A DNA stretch of 64,000 nt from a virus. A model generated the notes under the pieces. The model did no database searches. It was given only the letters and a program-made list of their open reading frames with translations, and was not told the origin of the DNA. The DNA is taken from IMG/VR virus record IMGVR_UViG_3300045999_013278, positions 1-64,000 of that record, one strand, 5' to 3'. Shown in pieces: positions 27,801-37,200 of this stretch (position 1 is the stretch's first letter; every line of letters starts with the position of its first letter). Made by a program: the position numbers and the translations under genes.

Positions 27801-28343
27801 TTTGGGCGCAGCTTTAAGCCCGACTTAAACCACGACGTGATTAGTCCCAAGATTAAGAAATTAAAAAGCATGGGGATAGAGTTTTTGTTTGAGAAGAAAA
27901 TTATCCACAATAACGATGAAGGATTACGGGCATGGATTAGTGACTTAAAAGAGACTAACCTAGTTGAGTTAAAAGCCTTGACTGGGTTAAATATAGGAGC
28001 GATGGAAAGTCCTGTAGAGATAGTCAGGAAGATTTACAAGTTATTTGGCTACAAGCTAAATGCAGTAAAAAGAAGTGGTCGCAAGGATGCCTTTGGTAAA
28101 CGCCACATCTTCTATGAAATCCTGGATAAATACCAAAATTATGGTGGGGAAATTTTAAATAGATGGCTAACTTTGGATAAGAAAAATTCATTGGAAAAGA
28201 AAGTAACTAAGATTTGTCTGGAGAATGGTAAGAGAGTTGACCCACCCACAGATGAAGAATTAGCACTATTAAAATTGTCCACAGCATCAGAGGTGGCAGA
28301 TTACTTAGCTTGGTGCGAGAAGTACGAATACGACGCAGCTTAA
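24834..28343 (+). CDS. Cyanobacterial plasmid-type replication protein (DUF3854 primase-like + helicase-like)
   Basis: WGQFKPDTPR, KYESP, CEGAKKA, FCFD, GVDDFI; APMGSGKT, HRVQL, IIDEVEQ, SPSVGTGISID, QQLGRVR. Confidence 0.88.
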   Translation: MRGKFSKKNSTAPTVEFSKNINCLDNDAELTAVKDNDNTSLPSLSSDFNTEITDKVIKSLKKLELPHLKELVEGSGIHPEVLKANKIFSLVTLPGELNDAHSYLNTYGDGNKNVNANGTLRKNVADKYWNLDLGGWWVSGAEVTFNGSTFNCAEIEWGQFKPDTPRQYTEKDKKDHEHIWFDLELINPKLGEALSPKKKIIKYESPIGEAARLMLLSPSEQSFRAYVKKFSDKDKLNIAKNLDYKVVREFWKFVAKTNMPIIICEGAKKALKLLSHGYAAISVAGIYGGYRNHETRIWELRKLHKDFHAFMVNYREWYFCFDGESKPHVKHNIEVAITRTGDLIKKANGKNTIRVIELPAPKLWGEKTGVDDFIIKEGVGEFDKLFYNAPTLMEWKSISTELLTKSLDPEKSLHLTKEDLTYSELMGRHYLPEDLFRRIPKDEQFIGLKAPMGSGKTHSFKNLVGDTLKLGGAPLLITHRVQLGQALAEKLGVHYLSEIKNEDDRTQALNGGLGLCIDSLHAASKLRFHPYEWQRPCVIIDEVEQVVQHLIFSKTSVKNNRDLVIRNLGELLKNCLNSGQRIVVADAHLTDISLRFLRGIIQEASGQDIEPFIVTADEFYLLGDGERLCYYYKHTQPVAWFENLLLHIQKEGGAYVCTDGQNVCATYGTQALGKILKGRFPHLRVLVIDSDTSQDPNHPAFGIMDRLNEEIVNWDIVITSPSVGTGISIDVRGHFKAVFGRFSGMITPKQAVQQLGRVREDVPRHVFAATRGLQEISGGSTSIKLIKAHEEFKYGEVIQQLKSSGNFIYDEESEKHMGGSCTALDTYCELALRSNAGNKGYRDFVMTALKNEGYEIVEPDDLDGDRKKELKDEVKQNKEELNSQDTGLKFNADISVAEDKIEKLNFNGEEIAIVNREGVKKLKDERKIDKYQTEKLNIIARYNTTRLSEELIQLDKDGMYNDLRLRYWFNQGNEFLADRDFRVLDKALTFGRSFKPDLNHDVISPKIKKLKSMGIEFLFEKKIIHNNDEGLRAWISDLKETNLVELKALTGLNIGAMESPVEIVRKIYKLFGYKLNAVKRSGRKDAFGKRHIFYEILDKYQNYGGEILNRWLTLDKKNSLEKKVTKICLENGKRVDPPTDEELALLKLSTASEVADYLAWCEKYEYDAA

Positions 28344-28531
28344 TCCTCCTTAACTTAAAAATAAATATTATTTAAACTCAACTCCGGCTTAACTTTAATT
28401 CAGCCGGGGCAAAAGTCATGATTATATAAATTTAGGGAGAATAAGCCCAAACGCCCGCGCAATAAGGGTTTTGAGTTTTCCTGTTTTAAAAACGCCGGCG
28501 GGCAAATTGTCTTAGGAGTTAGGTTTTGGTT

Positions 28532-28603
28532 TGTAAAGTTTTATGAAGCGTCAGGCAAAATCCCTATTATAAGAAAAAAACCTTGACACCATTAATGACG
28601 CTC
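28532..28603. repeat. Dispersed repeat copy 3 (inverted relative to copy 1), downstream of rep
   Basis: tgtaaagttttatgaagcgtcaggcaaaatcc..tgacaccatt..atgacgctc is the reverse-complement homolog of ~4221-4293. Confidence 0.8.
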
Positions 28604-28630
28604 ACCCGACGGCGTAAAATTTTTAATTAC

Positions 28631-28659
28631 TTGACGACGGTAGATAACTAATGTATAAT
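28631..28659 (+). promoter_or_regulatory. Motif promoter upstream of the recJ operon
   Basis: TTGACG(ACGGTAG)-17-TATAAT. Confidence 0.85.
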
Positions 28660-28843
28660 AGTTAATAAATCCTACCCTATGATTTATGCTAATGCTAAAG
28701 ATTTTTTACTTTTGGCTTATTGCCATTACTTACGGCGTTTCCTATAAGGAAGCTCGGGAAGTGGTTTGGGAAGAATACTCGCGCCCCCAAAATAAAACCC
28801 CAATTTTAACTTTGTGCAAAAACTTACTTAAAAAATAAAATCC

Positions 28844-30565
28844 ATGCCCCAACCTAAACATAAGTGGTCAATTAAAAACACGCCACCCCGACCTAATACA
28901 CAATCTCGTTTTTACCATCCTTGCCTTGATGTTTTAGACCAATTAATCCAAAAGCGTAATTTAAGGGATGATTTTATAGATCCTGAGTTAATGCAACTCT
29001 GTGACCCTCAAGAAGTTTTTACGGACTTGGAAAAAGCGGCCACATTATGCCAATTTGGTATTATGTCCGGTTACAAAATTGGCATAAGCGGTGACTACGA
29101 CGTAGACGGCATGACCTCTACTGCCCTATTACTTAGGACTTTTAAGGAACTTAATGCCACCGCGACTTATGCTATCCCTTCCAGAACAGGCGAGGGTTAT
29201 GGATTAAATAACAGAATAGTCGAGGAATTTTATAATGAGGGCTATAAAATCCTTATTACGGTAGACAATGGTACAAGTGCAATAGAGCCTATTAAACGGG
29301 CTAAGGAATTAGGATTAATAGTAATCATTACCGACCACCACGAACCCAGTTTAACTGGCGAACTGCCTATAGCTGATGCCATCCTTAACCCTAAATTTGT
29401 GCCACAGGACAATGAGTGGTCGCAGGTTTCGGGAGTGGGGATGGCATTTATCCTGGCCATGTCTGTTTTGGAGAGGTTTAATCTTCATGAAAAGTTAATG
29501 GGAGAGTGCCTAGAGCTTTTAACGCTGGGAACGATCGCTGATATGGTTGCCTTAACTGGAGTAAACCGCCGATGGGTTAAGCGTGGGTTAAAACTTATCC
29601 CTAATTCCCAAAATTTAGGCATCCAAGCTTTGATGGCGGTCGCAGGGATGGAGTTGGGCGGTAAGGATGGACTAAAGCCAGATGATATAGGATTTAAATT
29701 AGCCCCAAGAATTAATAGCGTAGGTCGGATTGGCGAACCGCAACAAGTTATTAACCTTCTTTCCTCAACTAATGTTGTTGAGGCTATGGAATTAGCTCAC
29801 GAAATAGAAGCTTTAAATGAAGAAAGACAAGGATTGGTTAAAACTTGGGAGCAGATTGTTTTTGATCATATAAATTTACAGCTAGAAGCTGATCCGGAAA
29901 AGTTTGAAAGGGAAAAAGTTATTTACTACTTTGAAAAGGGAATCCATAAAGGGATCGTCGGATTGATTGCCAACAAAGTTGTAGAAAAATATGGTTATCC
30001 TGCTTTTGTCGGAAGCGTTTCTGAAGAATATAAAATCTCAGGATCGTGTAGAGGCGGAATGTTTTTTGATGTTTTCGCAGCATTAAATTATTGTTCTGAA
30101 TATTTAGCTACTTTTGGCGGTCACAAAGCTGCGGGTGGTTTTAGTCTTTGGTGGGATGTTAATAATAACTTCCATGAAAGATTAATTAAATACGCCAACT
30201 TAGTAAGTAAATCTGAAGAGTTAGGTACAAAATTAGTCTTCGTAGATCACCATTTAGACTTTACTCAAATTTCCCTAAGCACTTTCCAAGAAGTCCAAGT
30301 TTTGCAGCCGTTTGGGATGAAAAATCCTGAGCCAATTTTTTACACCACTAAGGTTAAAGTCTTAAAACAAGATAAGCTTAATTTTCCCGGTGCTGTAAAA
30401 TTTACTTTTGAACAGGCGGGGATTAGTGTTAAGGCTATTGGTTGGGATTTTCAGAAATATTTACCACTTCCTTCCGAGGTTGACATAGCCTATAAGTTGA
30501 AAGAAAATTTATGGAATGGTAAAATTACAATAGAATTAAATTTGGAGAGTTTTAAGTCATGTTAA
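28844..30565 (+). CDS. recJ: ssDNA exonuclease RecJ
   Basis: GDYDVDG, ITVDNG, TDHH, GTIADM, APRINSVGR, GGHKAAGG, PFGMKNPEP. Confidence 0.95.
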   Translation: MPQPKHKWSIKNTPPRPNTQSRFYHPCLDVLDQLIQKRNLRDDFIDPELMQLCDPQEVFTDLEKAATLCQFGIMSGYKIGISGDYDVDGMTSTALLLRTFKELNATATYAIPSRTGEGYGLNNRIVEEFYNEGYKILITVDNGTSAIEPIKRAKELGLIVIITDHHEPSLTGELPIADAILNPKFVPQDNEWSQVSGVGMAFILAMSVLERFNLHEKLMGECLELLTLGTIADMVALTGVNRRWVKRGLKLIPNSQNLGIQALMAVAGMELGGKDGLKPDDIGFKLAPRINSVGRIGEPQQVINLLSSTNVVEAMELAHEIEALNEERQGLVKTWEQIVFDHINLQLEADPEKFEREKVIYYFEKGIHKGIVGLIANKVVEKYGYPAFVGSVSEEYKISGSCRGGMFFDVFAALNYCSEYLATFGGHKAAGGFSLWWDVNNNFHERLIKYANLVSKSEELGTKLVFVDHHLDFTQISLSTFQEVQVLQPFGMKNPEPIFYTTKVKVLKQDKLNFPGAVKFTFEQAGISVKAIGWDFQKYLPLPSEVDIAYKLKENLWNGKITIELNLESFKSC

Positions 30566-30816
30566 ATCTAGATATTTGGGTTTTTAATAGAGCTAAACTA
30601 ACCAAGGAACACACAAGTTATTTAGTGGAACATTACAAAAATTTCGTTCCTGTTACTGCAAAACTTTATAACATGACAGAAGTTGAGTTTTTAGAAAAAG
30701 TAGAAGGTGGCGAGATTTATATTAGGGATGTTTTCTTTAAGCTTGCGGCAGATTTAGTGGTGGCTATATTTTTTAATGTTTTTGCTGCATTTTTTAAGGG
30801 AGTGGAAAATAAATAG
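30559..30816 (+). CDS. Hypothetical protein
   Basis: ORF overlapping the recJ stop. Confidence 0.55.
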   Translation: MLNLDIWVFNRAKLTKEHTSYLVEHYKNFVPVTAKLYNMTEVEFLEKVEGGEIYIRDVFFKLAADLVVAIFFNVFAAFFKGVENK

Positions 30817-30862
30817 CAAACTATGTCCACGAATTAGCTCAAGAAATAATTAGGTTAAATAA

Positions 30863-32335
30863 ATGCTAAAAACGTACACGGCACAGCACAAACCCAATCA
30901 GTTAATTTACGGAAGTGGACAAACTGCGGTAATTACGGGATGGGCAGTAAAAGAAACCCTACGCAAGCACTTAAAAGATAATGAATACGCTGTAATTGGA
31001 CAGCTATACTCACCTACTAGAGGTATCAACTTACTAATTCGTAATTTGTTACTAAATCCTCATGTGCGGTATTTAGTTATTCTCAACGCTACTAAAGAAG
31101 ATAAAAACGCGGGTGCTTGTCAATGTTTAGGTGATTTTTTCCGTTATGGTGTAGAAGCAAGTATTAGTGATACCGGGCGAAAATCTTGGGTAATTCGTTC
31201 TTTAATTCCGGGTTATATTGATATTGATATTGATATCAATGCTTTAGAAAAATTACGGCGTTCTGTAGAAATTCAAGACGCAATATCAATTTCTGATGCT
31301 GTTGAAAAAATCCAATATTATGGAAATAAAGAAATAGTTGCACCCTGGGGAACACCTGTAGAATTTCCCATGACGACAATTGAACCAACAGTTTTTCCAG
31401 GAACACGATATGGACATAGAATAGAAGGTAAAACCATTGCTGAAACCTGGGTAAAAATCATCCACAGAATTAAAACAACAGGGACAATTAGACCAACTGG
31501 TTATGATGGAAAATGGCAAGAATTGATAGATTTAATGGCAGTTGTCACCGACGAACCTGATGATTTTTATTTTCCCGAACCTAATTATTTACCAATAGAT
31601 AGGAGTTTTTTAGAAGAATATATTTCGCAAATATTAGATGATGCAATTAATCAAGAAGGGGTAAAATACACCTATGGACAAAGGTTGCGTTCTTGGTTTG
31701 GAAGAGATCAAATTGAACAGGTAATTGAAAAATTAATTGGAGAAATTGATGCTGCTAGTGCGGTCATGACTTTATGGGATGTTAAAGATCATGAAAAAGG
31801 TGGTAGTCCGTGTTTAAATCATATTTGGTTAAGAGTAGTTGATAATGAATTATCATTAACTGCTGTTTTGAGAAGTAACGATATGTTTGCAGCTTGGCCA
31901 GCTAATGCTATGGGATTGAGGGCTTTACAAAAACATATTAGAAATGAGATTTGTCAACGTTCTCAATATGATTTGAAACTTGCTCCCTTAATAACCTTGA
32001 GTCAGTCTGCTCATATTTATGATGATACTTGGAGTAATGCGGAACAGCTAATTAAAGAACAATATTCTGCAATTTGTAAAAAATTAGATTATTATGATCC
32101 TGCGGGTAATTTTTTAATAGAAATAGCAGATGATAAGATAGTTGTTACCCATACAACCCCTGGAAGTGGTGAAATTGTCGGTTGCTATTCTGGGAAAAAT
32201 CCTTTGAAAATGATTAAAGAAATTTGTGCTGCATCCCCTTCGGTGTGTCCAGATCATGCAGGATATTTAGGTATGGAATTACAAAAAGCCAGTGAGTGTT
32301 TAACAAACGGTATTGAATACATCCAGGATAGGTGA
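30863..32335 (+). CDS. thyA: Thymidylate synthase with extra N- and C-terminal domains
   Basis: YTYGQRLR, SPCLNHIW, RSNDMF..WPAN, SAHIY; C-terminal HAGYLGMELQKA (DUF4346-like). Confidence 0.85.
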   Translation: MLKTYTAQHKPNQLIYGSGQTAVITGWAVKETLRKHLKDNEYAVIGQLYSPTRGINLLIRNLLLNPHVRYLVILNATKEDKNAGACQCLGDFFRYGVEASISDTGRKSWVIRSLIPGYIDIDIDINALEKLRRSVEIQDAISISDAVEKIQYYGNKEIVAPWGTPVEFPMTTIEPTVFPGTRYGHRIEGKTIAETWVKIIHRIKTTGTIRPTGYDGKWQELIDLMAVVTDEPDDFYFPEPNYLPIDRSFLEEYISQILDDAINQEGVKYTYGQRLRSWFGRDQIEQVIEKLIGEIDAASAVMTLWDVKDHEKGGSPCLNHIWLRVVDNELSLTAVLRSNDMFAAWPANAMGLRALQKHIRNEICQRSQYDLKLAPLITLSQSAHIYDDTWSNAEQLIKEQYSAICKKLDYYDPAGNFLIEIADDKIVVTHTTPGSGEIVGCYSGKNPLKMIKEICAASPSVCPDHAGYLGMELQKASECLTNGIEYIQDR

Positions 32336-32338
32336 ATA

Positions 32339-32866
32339 ATGATTACTTACCAAAGACCAACATGGGATGAATATTTCCTCATGTTGGCTAAATTAGCCGC
32401 AACTCGCTCAACTTGTCTTGCTTTTCCAGTTGGTGCTGTAATTGTTAAAAATAAGCAAGTTGTAGCCACAGGTTATAATGGTTCACCGTCAGGCTCGGCT
32501 CATTGTATAACCCAAGGATACTGTTATCCAGGCTTAAATAGCTGTGATGCTAGTAAAATACTACCATCAAGGGCTGTACACGCAGAAGCAAATGCGATCG
32601 CTCAAGCCTCAAAGTATGGTATATCTACAGATGGATCAAGTATATACGTAACATTAGAACCCTGTTTATCTTGTTTGAAGTTAATTATCTCCGCTGGAAT
32701 TAAAGAAGTATTTTATGAAACTTCTTTTAATAGTGGAGAAAAAGCTTTAGTTAGAGATTCTTTTGTTAACGAAGGTTTAGTTACAATTAAGCAAGTTCAA
32801 CTTTCTGAAAATATAGCCAAAAAAGCTGCTTCTATCTTTATGGAAGGTGGGTTAAATTATGGCTAG
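32339..32866 (+). CDS. dCMP deaminase
   Basis: RPTWDEYF, RSTC, TGYNG, HAEANA, PCLSC. Confidence 0.93.
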   Translation: MITYQRPTWDEYFLMLAKLAATRSTCLAFPVGAVIVKNKQVVATGYNGSPSGSAHCITQGYCYPGLNSCDASKILPSRAVHAEANAIAQASKYGISTDGSSIYVTLEPCLSCLKLIISAGIKEVFYETSFNSGEKALVRDSFVNEGLVTIKQVQLSENIAKKAASIFMEGGLNYG

Positions 32867-33254
32867 TTGGGTGAGATGGAGTAAAAAGGAAGATGAAATA
32901 TTAGAGGAATATGTAGGATTCCACAGCCCTGAAGACATATCTCTAATATTAAAAAAACAGGGATTTAATAGAACTCCAGAAGCCGTTAGATCAAGGTTTA
33001 AGGTTTTAAAAATATCTTACGCAAGAGAGTTTGATGATCTATCTCTTTCCAGGATAGGAAAATTATTAGGAGTAAGCCGTAGCACAACATCTTCTTGGCA
33101 TAGGACAGGAAAAATAAAAGGTAAACCTTTAGGGAAGGGTAGGGAAATTGTTGTAAAATATGAAGAAGTGAGGAATTTTTTAAAGAAATATTCCCAGAAA
33201 CTTAAAACTGTTTTAGACAAAGACGGATTAAACTTTTTCTTAGGAGGAGAATAG
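32859..33254 (+). CDS. Myb-like plus HTH DNA-binding protein
   Basis: WSKKEDEIL..RTPEAVRSR; IGKLLGVSRSTTSSW. Confidence 0.65.
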   Translation: MASWVRWSKKEDEILEEYVGFHSPEDISLILKKQGFNRTPEAVRSRFKVLKISYAREFDDLSLSRIGKLLGVSRSTTSSWHRTGKIKGKPLGKGREIVVKYEEVRNFLKKYSQKLKTVLDKDGLNFFLGGE

Positions 33255-33260
33255 AACCTT

Positions 33261-33440
33261 ATGCTTTACTTTTACGCTTACCTTATTTTTGGATTAGGTT
33301 TTACTTTCCATGCAGCCTTGAATGATTTTTCTAATTTAATCTCAACCCCGATAAAATCATTCTTCTACCTACTTGCACTCATCGCCTTTTACCCAATCTT
33401 TGCTATTTACGGGATTTATCTCAGAGTATTCACGCCCTAA
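33261..33440 (+). CDS. Small two-TM membrane protein (59 aa)
   Basis: GGAG upstream; MLYFYAYLIFGLGFTF...FFYLLALIAFYPIFAIYGIYL. Confidence 0.45.
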   Translation: MLYFYAYLIFGLGFTFHAALNDFSNLISTPIKSFFYLLALIAFYPIFAIYGIYLRVFTP

Positions 33441-33469
33441 ACCCTTGTTTTTTAACTTTTAACTTACTA

Positions 33470-33520
33470 CTTGACGACGATATAGGAAGTGTGTAAAAAT
33501 TCTTTTATATCGTCGTCAAG
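33470..33520. promoter_or_regulatory. Inverted pair of motif variants
   Basis: CTTGACGACGATATA at 33470-33484 and TATATCGTCGTCAAG at 33506-33520; -10 weak (TAAAAA). Confidence 0.7.
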
Positions 33521-33531
33521 TTTTTTTTAAA

Positions 33532-33741
33532 ATGAAAGCCAAAAAAGAGCCTTGGATTATTGTCACAGAAAAGAACGGTAATGTTCATAGATTTAATTAT
33601 TACACCATTTGTAGTTTACACAACATAAAAGAGGATGTGGTTCTTACGCAAACTAATGGGAAGTCACATACATTCGTTGGCGATGCTGCTAAGAGTTGTT
33701 TAGAACAATGGGAAAGAATTGTAAATAAAGAGGAAAATTAA
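33532..33741 (+). CDS. Hypothetical protein
   Basis: 69-aa ORF after the motif pair. Confidence 0.55.
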   Translation: MKAKKEPWIIVTEKNGNVHRFNYYTICSLHNIKEDVVLTQTNGKSHTFVGDAAKSCLEQWERIVNKEEN

Positions 33742-34079
33742 GGACGAAACTCCTGTTTTAAGCTTAAATTAAGCTCAAAAACGTCATTACCCTTAAATAT
33801 CCAATTCCACTCTAAACAACTCCATAATTGGGAGTTAAAGTTAAATGGCGCACCATTTCTGGAAGTTAAAAACTCTTCAATTTCTTCATAATCATCCCTT
33901 GTTACTGCCATTACTTTAGCTTCTTGCATTTCCCTAACTAAGTTTAGTTGAAAATTAGTCCCCCTTAATTCAGTCCCGCCCTTACGCCTATCTGCGTTTG
34001 TGGCGGGACTTTGCTTTAGGGATAGGGGATTCTCCCAAGTTAAAACAAAACTTTGTGGTGCTGTGGGGTATACTGGCAT
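33738..34079 (-). CDS. Minor tail protein M-like (distal tail)
   Basis: Follows the tape measure; IEEFLTSRNGAPFNF..C.EW..LKQEF. Confidence 0.7.
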   Translation of the reverse strand: MPVYPTAPQSFVLTWENPLSLKQSPATNADRRKGGTELRGTNFQLNLVREMQEAKVMAVTRDDYEEIEEFLTSRNGAPFNFNSQLWSCLEWNWIFKGNDVFELNLSLKQEFRP

Positions 34080-34102
34080 AAAAGTTAAAATTTAATAAGG
34101 TT

Positions 34103-34255
34103 ATGGACATTAAGAAGAGGAATGAGGAAATTAAGGGGTGCGTAGGATTAATAATTCTAATGGGCTTGGTATTTTTCATTAAAGGTGTTGTAGATGGGGA
34201 TATTAACCTCAATCCTCCTACGAGAGTAATCAAGATTGAGGTTAATAAAAGATAA
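34103..34255 (+). CDS. Small single-TM ORF antisense to the tail operon
   Basis: TAAGGT RBS; MDIKKRNEEIKGCVGLIILMGLVFFIKGVV..NKR*. Confidence 0.45.
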   Translation: MDIKKRNEEIKGCVGLIILMGLVFFIKGVVDGDINLNPPTRVIKIEVNKR

Positions 34256-34256
34256 A

Positions 34257-37200
34257 TTACCTATCATATAAACCACCTCTATTTAAGCTACCTCCAGGAC
34301 GACGCTCTTGCTTGATTGTCTCCTGGATTTTTGCTTCTAAAGCTTTTTCAAACAAGGCTTTGTTAATGTTGCCGTTGCCACCCTCGCTATTATTAATGTT
34401 CACGTTAGGCGTAATGTTAATCGTATCTCCACTTCTTCCTACGTTATTAATATTCCCTAAACCTTCACCTATCATACCGCCGCTACTGAAACTCTCCAAT
34501 TTATTACTACTGTTTAGTTGATTCCATAACTTAGTTTCTTTTGGAGTTAAAACCCGTTCACCTTCGTTAGCGATAATTAAGCGTGGGTTAAACCCACTTA
34601 TCGCCCTTTCCTTGTTTAATAAATCCCCAACCATTCCGCCTTTAGCAAAACTAGGGAGCGTAGCTGAACCAAAGTCTAATCCGCCGTCTAAACCACCTAA
34701 GCTAAAACCATCGCTAAAGTCAAATGCTCCGCTAGAACTAAATGGGATTGCGCTACTGCCTTCGAGTATTCCAAAACTACTCTCTCCAAACGCTCCAAAA
34801 ATACTATCTAGCACTCCGCCATCTTTGCTACCTGCGCCCATAATATTTTGCAAGACTAAAGCCGCTTGTTGTAGCATTGTAGCGGACACACTTAGATTAG
34901 CTCCCGCGTTATTTAAAGCGATCGCGCCCACGTCTTTAGCTTTATTGCCAAAAATAATTTCAGTTAATTTACCAAATAGTTGGTTAGACAGTTCCTTACT
35001 TGCAACAGCAGCTAAATTGCTTAAAATACTTTTTGCAATCTCGCTAAAAGCATCGACTATACTTCTTTTACTCAACTCCGTCTTTTTCTTTTCTAAGTCT
35101 CTCTGCGCTCTATCTAATTCTTTTAGTTGTTTGTTATTGCCAGAATTTTGGTATGCGTTTCTTACTTCCTGAATATTACCGGACGTATTCATTATAATGT
35201 CGCGGCGTTTCTTAGCAATCTCATCTAGGGATTTATTAATATCCTGTAAATCGCCAGCGTTTTTATTAACAGAGTCGTTCATGAAAAATCCCTTTAGGAT
35301 ATTGTCAAAATCTCCTTTAATTCCGCTAATAGCCTCGGTGAACATATTAAATTCTTTCGCAACATTGTCTAGTTTTAACTCGTTTAGCTTAAGTAAATTT
35401 TCACTAAGTACAGATATTTCTTCTGCTGAATAATTACTTGATAATCCTAGTTTAGCTATTTCGTTTTTTTCCTTCTCAAAATCCATCTTAATTTGTGATA
35501 AAAGCTGTGCTTTTTGCAATTCCTTGTCTCTAACTCCGAACAAACCCCGACCTCTTATTATCTCGGAAGAAATTGCACTACCGGATGAATTTAATTTTTC
35601 CATCCTGCCGAGTTCAATGCCTCTATTTGTAATCGGCGCGAGCTTAGTTTGGTAAGAATTTTCTGCGTCAAGGTTAGATTTTTCTTTTCCGTAATTACGG
35701 AAAGCTTTTAGTCGTTCTATTAATTTTTCTTGTGGACTAAGTAAGGCGTTACCTTGAATTTCCAATAATTGTTTCTTGTAAGCATTAGTTAGCTCGTTAG
35801 TTTTTATTGTTAATTCATTGGTTAAGCTGACTAAACTAACCATCCCATCCTTATTGTCAATCGCAAACCGTTCATTGTCTAGTTGCAATGATTTCATTTG
35901 CGAGGCTTGGATAGTTTGCGATTTAGTTAATTCAATGCCTCTATTTGTAATCGGGGCGAGCTTAGTTTGGTAAGAATTTTCTGCGTCAAGGTTAGATTTT
36001 TCTTTTCCGTAATTACGGAAAGCTTTTTGTCGTTCTATTAATTTTTCTTGTGGACTAAGTAAGGCGTTACCTTGAATTTCCAATAATTGTTTCTTGTAAG
36101 CATTAGTTAGCTCGTTAGTTTTTATTGTTAATTCATTGGTTAAGCTGACTAAACTAACCATCCCATCCTTATTGTCAATCGCAAACCGTTCATTGTCTAG
36201 TTGCAATGATTTCATTTGCGAGGCTTGGATAGTTTGCGATTTAGTTAATTCGTCGTTAGCTTGCTTAATTCGCTTAACTGTATCGGCATAATTAAAGTTA
36301 AGATCAACGCCCTCTCTTTTAACAGAATTAACATTGAGAATGGCTTTAAATTCCTTCTGAAAAGCTGCTTCACTCATGTTACCGCCCTTACCTCCGCCAT
36401 CATAATAACGTCTTTGGAGGTCTAGTAATTGTTGGTATTGGTCACGGGTTAATTCTAGTAAGCTAATATTTCTTTGAAGTGATGGAATTTTTAAAACCAA
36501 CGGATTTAGCGGGTCAATTTCCTCAAGTTTTTGAACTAACTGTAACTGTTGTTGTAGTTGTTCAATAACTTTTGATTGTTGCGATATATCCTGCTCGCTT
36601 AATCTGAAAAACTCTTTTTTGTCAAAATCTTTCATTGACGCTTTGAGGATGCTATCAATATTGGATTTTAAAAATTTCAAGCTATTTTTAGCTTCTGCAT
36701 TTTTAAAAGCTGTAGCTTTAAAACTTAGATCGTTTGTCTGGATTGCGGCTGCGGCTAATCTCGGATCATTAGGAAATCTCTTCATTGCCAGATTAAATGC
36801 GGCTTGTAAGTCCGGTTTTTGCGCGATCGCTCCATCCGTTTCTCTAACAATTTGCTCTAACAACTCAACATCTTTCTCTAATTTGCGGCGTAATTCATTA
36901 AATTGGAGACTAAACATATCCGCATTACTCATGGTAGGAGATAAACCTTTTAACACCGTTATTCTAGTCCCTAGAGTAGAATCTTTCGTACTGCTGATGT
37001 CTCCTATCGCGGTTTTTTGAGAGGACATAATAAGCCTGTAAGCCTCTAGCCTTTGTTTTAGCTCATTTTCTCTGATTTGTTCAGGATTTAGGTTGCTGTT
37101 AGTTTGATTAGTTTGATATTGTTGGGCAGCGGTGTTTAATTTAAGTCTACTAGCTTGTGTTACCACTTCCTGCATTTGGTTGGGTTGAATACTTCCGCCT

